Part shown: positions 50,447 to 58,533 of the stretch, piece by piece
How positions within the stretch are numbered: the stretch's first letter is position 1
How the letters are laid out: every line of letters begins with the position of its first letter
Source of the DNA: Pseudomonadales bacterium
GTDB taxonomy: Bacteria; Pseudomonadota; Gammaproteobacteria; Pseudomonadales; JAHRWD01
Assembly: GCA_029210125.1 (NCBI GenBank)
Contig: JARGPR010000002.1
Location: 231,232 to 295,231 of the forward strand
Direction: 5' to 3'
DNA: 64,000 nt
Position numbers and translations under genes: made by a program
Notes under the pieces: model-generated
Told to the model about the DNA's origin: nothing
Seen by the model: the letters and a program-made list of their open reading frames with translations, nothing else
Database searches by the model: none

Positions 50447-51262
50447 TTACCACTCAGCAGGATCAAGGCCATAGAATATCTGCAACTGTTGATAAAGCTC
50501 TGGCAGCCTCTTTTTCATCTGTTTTGATTTTTCAAAGAAGGATTCGGTAGCAACAGCGAAAAACTCTGGGGCGGAAACAGCTCCATATTCGTCAATCACC
50601 TTATTCTTTCCCCGTTTAACCCGCTTTAGGAATTCATCATATTCCCGCGTTAACACCTCTGCCCATTCTTTGTAGTGGGCGCTTTCCCGAAGCACAGGCA
50701 AACCATCCATAACCCCATTTTCTTCATCGAGCTTATGGGCAAACTCGTGCAAAACTACGTTGTGTCCATCGTGCTCATTGCTAGAGCCTTGCACTACATC
50801 AGTTAAGGACAATACGATTGGCCCACGGTGCCAGGACTCACCAGCCCGAGCGCTGTGCTCATGTACTTCCACCAAACCGTCATAGCTGACTTGTCTAGCC
50901 ACATAGGTATCGGGGTAAACCAGAATAGTTTCAAAACCAGGGAAGCGCTTCATCTCCCTGTTTACCAGCAGCATGCACGCATTAGCTGCGATAACAAGTC
51001 GAATCTCATCGGTGATTTCAACGCCATCACAACCAACAAAAACCTTTTCATCAAGAAAGTGATTGATACAGCCCTGTAGTGTTTCTCGTAACTCGTTAGG
51101 CAAACGCGTGTAGAGCGGTACATTATTCTCAAGAATTTTAATGTGTTCTGAAGAAAGCGGCTGCTGAAGAAGCAGATTACGGCGAGCCTTCACTCTATAT
51201 CGTTGGATTCCCCAAATGATGACGACTAGGGCAAGAAAAATAAAAATCATTGAGGCTTGCAA
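50447..51262 (-). CDS. mtfA: MtfA-like (peptidase M90) zinc-dependent protein
   Basis: HEFAHKLD zinc motif with a downstream glutamate region, an N-terminal TM helix and MtfA-like length. Confidence 0.7.
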   Translation of the reverse strand: MQASMIFIFLALVVIIWGIQRYRVKARRNLLLQQPLSSEHIKILENNVPLYTRLPNELRETLQGCINHFLDEKVFVGCDGVEITDEIRLVIAANACMLLVNREMKRFPGFETILVYPDTYVARQVSYDGLVEVHEHSARAGESWHRGPIVLSLTDVVQGSSNEHDGHNVVLHEFAHKLDEENGVMDGLPVLRESAHYKEWAEVLTREYDEFLKRVKRGKNKVIDEYGAVSAPEFFAVATESFFEKSKQMKKRLPELYQQLQIFYGLDPAEW

Positions 51263-51438
51263 CGTGATATTACCTTCAGGGTTAATCGTAGTAGTTCAGA
51301 TTATATAGCTTTATTTTAAAATGCTGAGGTTAGAATAATTGTTATCCAATTCTATTGTCATCAAGCATGGCCGGGGTATTAAAAGGCAGATGGAGAAGTG
51401 TGTGACAGCAAGACCCTGTTCTTAGGTTAATCATTTAT

Positions 51439-51669
51439 AAAGCTGCGGCAGGCGTAAAGGGTAACGAGCTGGCACCCATTGCAGTCATTGCCAAATTGTT
51501 TGCTACAGACATAGCCATGGAAGTAGCCCCAGATGCCGTACAGTTATTTGGTTATTCGAGGTTTCGAAAGATAATCGTATCGAACAATTTTTTAGAGATG
51601 AAAATTATTGAAGGGAGCAATCAAATTTAACGCAATATTATTGGTAAGCATGTGGTGAAAACGTATTAG
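51439..51669 (+). pseudogene. Remnant of an acyl-CoA dehydrogenase C-terminus
   Basis: Translation AKLFATDIAMEVAPDAVQLFGYS...IIEGSNQI*RNIIGKHVV matches the ACAD tail (AK.FA...A..V..DAVQ..GG.GY....P.ER..RDAKI..I.EGT.EIQR..I...L). It is interrupted by indels and an in-frame stop. No N-terminal part is present. Confidence 0.6.
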
Positions 51670-51985
51670 TTCGATTACAGAAACAAACCCTCAAGGATAG
51701 GTATGGCAATGCAAGGCCTGGCCCAATTTCTTGTTGCAGGCGCAATGAAAAGACCAATAATAAAACTGCTTATTTGCCCGGGAATGACGTGTCATGACAC
51801 TACTGCTCCCATGTTTTGTTATGGGTCATGGCCCGAGAGTTTGTGGCGGGGACGATGAGAAATCTATTCGGTGGGTGGGGTGGTTTTTTTGAATTCCTCT
51901 CATCCAAAGCCGATCATGGGAACCAGTCGCCAGCCGCATCAAATAGAGCTAGTGCAGCTGAGCAATATGACCAAGGATGCTCTAT

Positions 51986-54406
51986 CTAGTTAACGTTAAT
52001 AAATATCGCCATGGGTGCACAGCTAAGATGATTTTGACTGCCTGACTTCAATAGAAGTCTTTGCACATTGTTACTGGTCATCCCGCCCCTTGGCATAAGG
52101 ATATTCATTTTCGCTTTGAATGTAGTTTGGGAGTCCGTATCGAACCCTTTCATAGCATTTTGGTGTCCTTTGATGAATTGTGATCGAAATCTTTCTAGCC
52201 GAAGAGCTTCAGAAGGACAATTATTTCCCCGTGTCATCAAAAACAGCTCTCGAAATGAGTTACGGATTCCACCAAAATTGCCATGCATGCGATTCTCAAA
52301 GCTAACCTCTGGCATCGCGCTAAAGAAATATTCCGGTTCTTCTATCACCTTTCGATAATCGTCCCACGGATATGCAGTAATGCCACCCTCACTGCTCTGT
52401 GCTGTTCTTAATTCTTGCCACCTGGTTTCACTATCGGTCACAACAATTGAACCAGTTGCCTGGGCGATAAATAAAGTCATTTCGAAATTGGGTGCCATGC
52501 TACTAATCATAAGCTGGCCACCATCTGCAAAAACATCCTCCTGTAATAATGCAAGAGGATCCTGCTCGTTAAGCTGTTTCATATACTCCAGCATGCCTTC
52601 AAGTTCATCGTCAGAAATTTCGGGCATCGCTTTACGAATTTGGTGAATTTGCTGCTCTCTGGGCAATATCCTCATGGTTCTGGCAAAATCTTCCTCTGCC
52701 ATTTTCATAAACCGATCTTTTTCTTTTTTGTCTATCAGTTGACTACCTCTGCGTCCTTCAGCCATCGTCATCATTTGACGATGAAGATAGCTATCAAATG
52801 AACATGGGTCAGGAATGAAGTTAACAATCCCTGCCATTACGAAAGGTTGAAGATACGAGAACAGCAAAATATTTTTTAGTGCCTGATGCTTATGCTGATG
52901 CGGTGAATCTACCGGGCTAAATTTTGGGTTGACTGCATTTGGATTAATGAATGGATGCTGGATCAATAGCTCATCGAAATATGGCGAAGCACCCAAACAA
53001 AAACCCGTTATTACTCTTGGATCGAGTGTTCCCGTATAGAGTGCTCTAAGTGTGTTATCCGGTTTTGGAAGCAATGCAAATATATCGGTGTCGATGGGCC
53101 AGAGAAACCCATAAAGCTGGTGTATTTCAGCAACCTGTTCACTGCTTAATTCACGTCTGACATCATCCCAGGTCTTTCCTTTATTAAAACCAAGAATGTC
53201 CTCAATACCATTGTATAAAGTGAGGTTCCGCTCTCGGATACTCAACAAGTCCCACGCTGTCCGTTGATGTTCAGGTTTTCCCAGGCAGCATTTCTTGTAT
53301 TTCCTTCCACTACCACAGCCACAGGAGTCATTCCTTCCGATGTCCTTTTCTGATATCTCCTTCTTTAAGTACTTATTCTCCGGAGTGGTTCTTCCAAATT
53401 CATCCTGGTAATAAGTGCTGCCATCTTTGTGCCCAACATACATTTCACCGCCAAAATGGAATAACCCACCGTCTGGGGGTAATAGAACGCTCTTTAGATC
53501 TCGCCAGTCGTTAGAAATTTCTTTTTCGGGATAGAGCCAGTCCTCGTTTGATGCAGCAATATATCGTCGTGCCCGCTGCTTCAATATCATGTTAATGGTC
53601 GCGACTTCCGCTTCATCTAAATGACGGGTTCTAATAAGCGCGTCAGTCCTAGCGATGCTGTTCCTAACAAAGCGCGCAAAAGTCCTTTTCTCTAACGGAT
53701 TTTGATTATCTGGGTCTTTAGCGTATTCAAGATTGGTTAGTATGAGACAGTGATTTTCATCCAGAGGAAACAAAGTTTGCGTTGCTTTTAACGCAATGGA
53801 AGGATCATTCGGATAAACGCAATATTCACTGGCGGGATCGCAAGCATAATTGTAAATAGTTACTGGATGATCCGAGAGTATAAATTTAATGGTGGAATTT
53901 TCTGCGGAAACAACCTCTCTAACACTTTCTGCCCAGAGCGCGCAATGCATATTTCTAATTGCTTGCATCTCAACCATTAGATCAACCTGAGTCAAGTTAG
54001 GATAGTGATCTTTAATCCAGTCAAGCCCTTTGGGTGTGCGTATTTTTTGTGCATCAATGAATGAAAAAAACTCACTGAAGTTCTCATGCCACCCTCTAGG
54101 GTCATCTTCAATATAGGCGCGAACTGCTTTAGCCCCTGTATCATCAATTTCCCCAAACAGGAGCCTCTCTATTTCATCATTTATGTGACTACCAAAAAAA
54201 GTTGTATAGAGGTCGGTTTGATAAAAACACTGAGATGTTGAGCGCTGCCATATAGAATTTAGCGTCTTTGCTCTACCATCGGGAAGCTTTATCGTTTCTG
54301 GATTAAGGTCTAAATAATGAAGTTTATTCGACGCTCTCGAAAGGAATCCTCGCTGATACCATTGGGGTACATAATGGTTATCTCGAGACTCAGTAGCTTT
54401 TGTCAC
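51986..54406 (-). CDS. Large DUF4238-domain protein with an internal SEC-C motif and an uncharacterised ~430-aa C-terminal region
   Basis: 806-aa ORF. The N-terminus DNHYVPQWYQRGFL is the typical DUF4238 opening. CGCGSGRKYKKCC (plus-strand ~53284-53325) is a SEC-C metal-binding motif. The gene is visibly AT-rich and has no functional neighbours. Confidence 0.6.
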   Translation of the reverse strand: MTKATESRDNHYVPQWYQRGFLSRASNKLHYLDLNPETIKLPDGRAKTLNSIWQRSTSQCFYQTDLYTTFFGSHINDEIERLLFGEIDDTGAKAVRAYIEDDPRGWHENFSEFFSFIDAQKIRTPKGLDWIKDHYPNLTQVDLMVEMQAIRNMHCALWAESVREVVSAENSTIKFILSDHPVTIYNYACDPASEYCVYPNDPSIALKATQTLFPLDENHCLILTNLEYAKDPDNQNPLEKRTFARFVRNSIARTDALIRTRHLDEAEVATINMILKQRARRYIAASNEDWLYPEKEISNDWRDLKSVLLPPDGGLFHFGGEMYVGHKDGSTYYQDEFGRTTPENKYLKKEISEKDIGRNDSCGCGSGRKYKKCCLGKPEHQRTAWDLLSIRERNLTLYNGIEDILGFNKGKTWDDVRRELSSEQVAEIHQLYGFLWPIDTDIFALLPKPDNTLRALYTGTLDPRVITGFCLGASPYFDELLIQHPFINPNAVNPKFSPVDSPHQHKHQALKNILLFSYLQPFVMAGIVNFIPDPCSFDSYLHRQMMTMAEGRRGSQLIDKKEKDRFMKMAEEDFARTMRILPREQQIHQIRKAMPEISDDELEGMLEYMKQLNEQDPLALLQEDVFADGGQLMISSMAPNFEMTLFIAQATGSIVVTDSETRWQELRTAQSSEGGITAYPWDDYRKVIEEPEYFFSAMPEVSFENRMHGNFGGIRNSFRELFLMTRGNNCPSEALRLERFRSQFIKGHQNAMKGFDTDSQTTFKAKMNILMPRGGMTSNNVQRLLLKSGSQNHLSCAPMAIFINVN

Positions 54407-54668
54407 AGGCGCCCCTGATGTTATTGCTCAGTTTGCTAACTAAAGAAACCAAATAGCAGAAAGAGGCTCAGGTCTAGAATCGAAGCCTTCACAGATCCAT
54501 AATGATAGACATGATAATGGGCTCAGCCAGCTTGTTTCAAATGCTTTCACTCTTGCTATCATCCTCAGTAAACTCAATTTTTCAGGTCTTTCAATTAATC
54601 TACTTATGCTTTTTGGAAGTCTTTTATTATGAAAGATGCCCTGTCGCCAGCCTGATTCGCCCTTTGTC

Positions 54669-54995
54669 TTATCGCACACCATCCGAGAGTTCATGGACAA
54701 CGCGCTCCAGCGTTGGAATATGATCTACGATACTCAAGCTACCACCGAGTGTCCGCAAGCACAGGTGCGATAAACCGACCTGCTTCCAGTTAGAAACTCG
54801 ATCCTTCCATTCCGCTTCTCTTGGCCCAACCACAGCGACGCCCGCTTCCTGTCCAAGCTCGTCGGGTGAGCGACCTGCTTCATGTGTGTGTTCAAAAATA
54901 CTTTCCTGAACGCCCGGAAACTCCTCTGGTGAACAGGTAAGTGATCCCGAATCGAAATCAATCAGAAGGTAGAACCCTTGCGTAAGGCCTGTGGA
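54669..54995 (-). pseudogene. Possible remnant of the C-terminus of a luciferase-like (LLM) flavin/F420 oxidoreductase
   Basis: A stop-free frame without a start codon: ...GSLTCSPEEFPGVQESIFEHTHEAGRSPDELG...VVGPREAEWKDRVSNWKQVGLSHLCLRTLGGSLSIVDHIPTLERVVHELS*. The pattern AGRdP.ElG...W...G.sHL.l.T.G......HI..LER recalls LLM oxidoreductase tails. This rests on memory only. Confidence 0.3.
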
Positions 54996-55113
54996 TTACA
55001 AGAAGGAAGTTATATACTCAAAAAACAGGTTATTTGTAGTGGCTGATAAATTCAGCGCAGTATTGCTTACGCCCGTTCGTGGCAAGAACGGAAAAACAGA
55101 CAAGGATAAAATT

Positions 55114-55383
55114 ATGGTTTCCGTCAAAAGGCTAGTTCTGGATGTTCTGAAACCCCACCAACCAAATGCGCTTGAATTTTCAATGGCTATTGCCGAAGTC
55201 GGCGACAATTATTATGTGCATGTGACGGTTCTTGAGGTAGACGAAAATACGGAAACCCTAGAAATAGAGGTGGCAGCAAAGGCCATTGATTTTGATGCCA
55301 TTCAGTCCGCTATAGCTGATATGGGTGGTTCGTTGCACAGTATTGATGAGGTAGAAGTACAAAGTGGAGAGGACGCTGGTTAA
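55114..55383 (+). CDS. DUF211 (COG1888)-family small protein
   Basis: The start is trimmed to ATG 55114, with an AAGGAT SD. VKRLVLDVLKPHQPNALEFSMAIAEVG...V.V.V.EVDE.TE.L.I.V....IDFD.I...I...GGS.HSIDEV is the DUF211 pattern. Confidence 0.55.
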   Translation: MVSVKRLVLDVLKPHQPNALEFSMAIAEVGDNYYVHVTVLEVDENTETLEIEVAAKAIDFDAIQSAIADMGGSLHSIDEVEVQSGEDAG

Positions 55384-55389
55384 GCTTTT

Positions 55390-55974
55390 ATGGGTCGTTT
55401 AGAACGCGCCAGATTTCTGCTGCGCATCACCCATGGCCACCTTGTTTTACGGCGTTACTTTGTGGTCAATGGTTTTGATGGCGCGCTCACTATGATGGGA
55501 CTCATTCTCGGGTTTCTTGTCAGCACACCGGCGGATTTAGCCGTGATTATTAACGCCTGCCTGGGTGCTGCTATTGCTCTGGGTATGAGTGGTTTCAGTA
55601 GTGCTTATATCAGCGAATCTGCAGAGCGGCGACGTGCCCTGGGCCAACTGGAGAAAGCAATGATTAGCGATCTCCAGGAAAGCACACATGGTCAAGCGGC
55701 GCGCCTCACCCCCTTGTTGGTGGCGCTGGTAAATGGTTTGGCACCGCTTATTATTTCACTGCTGATCCTGATGCCGCTATGGTTAGGGAGTCTAGGTGTC
55801 CCTCTACCAGTATCACCGCTTTACGCGGCCATCCTTGTGGCGCTAATGCTGATTTTTTTGCTCGGCGTATTCCTCGGTCGCGTTGCGGATATTTCATGGC
55901 TGCGCAGTGGGCTGCAAACTTTGCTGGTCGCGGTGGCGACCGCCACGCTTATTTACCTGTTTGTCGGTGACTAA
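55390..55974 (+). CDS. VIT1/CCC1-family membrane protein (membrane domain only)
   Basis: VVNGFDGALTMMGLILGF and GMSGFSSAYISESAE match the VIT-family motifs (.G.nDGl....l..G; SMa.GeY.S..se). It has ~5 TM helices and starts 7 nt after the DUF211 gene. Confidence 0.55.
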   Translation: MGRLERARFLLRITHGHLVLRRYFVVNGFDGALTMMGLILGFLVSTPADLAVIINACLGAAIALGMSGFSSAYISESAERRRALGQLEKAMISDLQESTHGQAARLTPLLVALVNGLAPLIISLLILMPLWLGSLGVPLPVSPLYAAILVALMLIFLLGVFLGRVADISWLRSGLQTLLVAVATATLIYLFVGD

Positions 55975-56117
55975 GGAGCAGCCAGTGGTCTAACAACGTA
56001 TTGAGACTGATGAGAATTTGTTACAACTCGATTCCTCGGCAACGGATCTGAGCACCGCCGAAGCACAAAAACACTTGGCTGAACACGGCTAAAATACCCG
56101 TACTATTCAGAATTCCT

Positions 56118-57167
56118 TTAACAAATTCTTGGTAACAGTTCCCCCGCAGGCATATCAAGTATTCTGCGTCCGCCGATGGGTGTTTGAAGCGTGACCAGAC
56201 CGGCTTCGCCATCCGTCACTCGGCCGATCACGGCGGCAGAATCATTTTGCGCCCTCATCATTTCTAACGCCCGCGCTGCGTCGCTTTTTGGCACAATGGC
56301 AACGAAGCGCCCTTCACAGGCGACTTGCAGCGCATCCAGCCCCAGCACCTCGCAGGCACCGCGCACATTTGCAGCCAGGGGAATATCATTCTCTACCACG
56401 TCGAATTGCAGACCGGATGACTGCGCCAACTCGTTCAACACCGCACACAATCCACCACGGGTCGCATCGCGTAGGCAATGAATATCGATCTCGGCATCCA
56501 GCATATCCGCTACTGTATTCCACAGTGGCGCGCAGTCGCTTTCAATCGGCGGGGTGAATGCCAGCTCTTCGCGGGCTCCCATCACCGCCATGCCGTGGCG
56601 GCCGATATCGCCGCTGACAATGATCAGATCATCTTTTTTTATGCGGCCCGGCCTTATCTGCGTTTCATTCTCGATCACACCGACGCCGGTGGTGTTGATA
56701 TAAATGCCGTCGCCGTGACCGCGCTCGACGACTTTGGTGTCGCCAGTGACAATCTGAACCCCCGTCGCAGAAGCGGCGGCGCGCATCGATTGCACAACGC
56801 GCCACAGCGTTTCGGTTTCAAGTCCTTCTTCCAGAATAAAGGATGTCGAAAGGTACAAAGGACGCGCGCCACACATGGCGAGGTCGTTAACCGTACCATG
56901 GACGGCGAGCGCGCCAATATCACCGCCAGGAAAAAACAACGGCCGCACGACATAACTGTCCGTTGTCATCACCGGGCGGCCCTCCGGCAATTCCAGTACG
57001 GCACCATCGTGCCCGCTACGCAGCGCTGGATTATCGAAAGCGGCAAAAAACAACTCTTCGATCAGCCGTTGCATCATGCGTCCGCCGCCGCCATGCGCCA
57101 TCTTGATCCGCGGATGGTCGTTCAAGGGCAACGGGCAGGTCATATTAGATATGTTCAGCTCACTCAT
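56118..57167 (-). CDS. hypE: Hydrogenase maturation protein HypE
   Basis: AIR-synthase-like fold with the C-terminal ...LPRIC motif. The ATG at 57167 overlaps the hypD stop (ATGAGTGA). The longer track ORF start is rejected. Confidence 0.9.
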   Translation of the reverse strand: MSELNISNMTCPLPLNDHPRIKMAHGGGGRMMQRLIEELFFAAFDNPALRSGHDGAVLELPEGRPVMTTDSYVVRPLFFPGGDIGALAVHGTVNDLAMCGARPLYLSTSFILEEGLETETLWRVVQSMRAAASATGVQIVTGDTKVVERGHGDGIYINTTGVGVIENETQIRPGRIKKDDLIIVSGDIGRHGMAVMGAREELAFTPPIESDCAPLWNTVADMLDAEIDIHCLRDATRGGLCAVLNELAQSSGLQFDVVENDIPLAANVRGACEVLGLDALQVACEGRFVAIVPKSDAARALEMMRAQNDSAAVIGRVTDGEAGLVTLQTPIGGRRILDMPAGELLPRIC

Positions 57168-58257
57168 ACAGCTCGTCCTTCCGGTAACGGTAATAGGCGG
57201 CACAGGCACCCTCGCCGGAGACCATGGTTGCACCAAGCGGTTGATCAGGCGTGCACTGTTTGCCGAAAGCCGGGCAATCGGCGGGTTTTTTAAGCCCCTG
57301 CAGCACGAGACCACTGATGCAGTTTTGCGCTTCCTCAACCTCGATATCGGCAAGGCCGAAGCGGCGTTCGGCGTCGAAATCCGCATAGGCATCGCTCAGC
57401 GCCCAGCCGCTTTCAGGGATTTCGCCGATACCGCGCCACTTACGCTCTACAACGCGGAAGACTTTGCGGATAAGCGCCTGAGCACTCACATTACCAATGT
57501 CGCGTACCGCGCGTTGGTACTGGTTTTCGACGTGCGAGCGCCCCTCTTCAAGTTGGCGGAGACACCTATAGATGCCCTGCAAGATATCCAGTGGTTCAAA
57601 CCCGGTTACGACGATCGGCACCTGGTATTTTTCAGCCAACGGGGTGTAGGCCGCCGTTCCCATCACAGCGCAGACGTGACCTGCGGCGAGGAAACCCTGC
57701 ACGCGGTTATCGGGGGAGGAAAGAATGGCTTCAATCGCGGGCGGCACGAGCACGTGGGAGGCGAGGACGCTGAAGTTGCCTAGCCCCTTCTCCTTCGCCC
57801 TATGCACCGCCATGGCATTGGCGGGCGCGGTGGTTTCAAAACCGACGGCGAAAAAGACCACCTGTTTGTCGGGGTTGTCAGTGGCAATTTTCAGGGTGTC
57901 CAGCGGCGTATAGACGGTGCGTACGTCACCACCCTCCGCCCGCACCGTCAACAGATCCTTTTTCGAACCCGGTACCCGCAACATGTCGCCGAACGAGCAG
58001 AAAATCACCTCGTCCCGCATGGCAATCTCGATGGCCTTGTCGACCATCTCCAACGGGGTGACACAGACCGGGCAGCCGGGGCCGTGTACCAATTCAACCG
58101 TGTCGGGCAACAGCTCCTGTATGCCAAAGCGCACGATGGCATGGGTCTGGCCGCCACAGACCTCCATAATTGTCCAGGGTCGCGTCACCACCTTTGCGAT
58201 GGCCGCAGCGTATTTTTGCGCCAGTTCGGGATCCCGGTATTCATCGATATATTTCAT
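57160..58257 (-). CDS. hypD: Hydrogenase maturation protein HypD
   Basis: [13 protein letters not shown] opening, then [10 protein letters not shown] and the C-terminal Fe-S cysteine motifs. Confidence 0.95.
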   Translation of the reverse strand: MKYIDEYRDPELAQKYAAAIAKVVTRPWTIMEVCGGQTHAIVRFGIQELLPDTVELVHGPGCPVCVTPLEMVDKAIEIAMRDEVIFCSFGDMLRVPGSKKDLLTVRAEGGDVRTVYTPLDTLKIATDNPDKQVVFFAVGFETTAPANAMAVHRAKEKGLGNFSVLASHVLVPPAIEAILSSPDNRVQGFLAAGHVCAVMGTAAYTPLAEKYQVPIVVTGFEPLDILQGIYRCLRQLEEGRSHVENQYQRAVRDIGNVSAQALIRKVFRVVERKWRGIGEIPESGWALSDAYADFDAERRFGLADIEVEEAQNCISGLVLQGLKKPADCPAFGKQCTPDQPLGATMVSGEGACAAYYRYRKDELYE

Positions 58258-58478
58258 TCAATTTGTTCCAGGGCTCTGAAGGTAGCTTGTGCCGCGTCTT
58301 CGTCCAGCACGCTGATGGCAATCCCGGCATGAATCAGCACGTAATCACCTTCCACAGCATCCGGCACGAAGGCGAGGCAGATTTCGCGCATTACGTCGCC
58401 AAACCGCACCTGCCCGCTACGCGACAGCGCATCGTCACCCTTGATGCTGATAATTTCTCCCGGTATCGCCAGACACAT
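58254..58478 (-). CDS. hypC: Hydrogenase assembly chaperone HypC/HupF
   Basis: The [10 protein letters not shown]-terminus (essential Cys2) and 74-aa size. It overlaps hypD by 4 nt. Confidence 0.9.
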   Translation of the reverse strand: MCLAIPGEIISIKGDDALSRSGQVRFGDVMREICLAFVPDAVEGDYVLIHAGIAISVLDEDAAQATFRALEQIE

Positions 58479-58533
58479 ATTGTCGTTTCCTCTGTTTTTA
58501 CAATGCAGGTTCTAGCCCAGGTAGCAACGCTGG

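Noticed and set aside
56478-57293. Long ORFs antisense to or overlapping the hyp and hydrogenase genes. Examples are 56478-57293 (271 aa), 57076-57783 (235 aa), 57802-58332, 59581-60159, 60169-60600 and 62012-62401.
   Set aside because: They lie opposite genes with unambiguous family signatures (HypE, D, F and the large subunit). Their translations are Arg/Ala/Pro/Gly-rich and low in complexity, as expected for the reverse frames of GC-rich coding DNA. None has a recognisable motif or an RBS.
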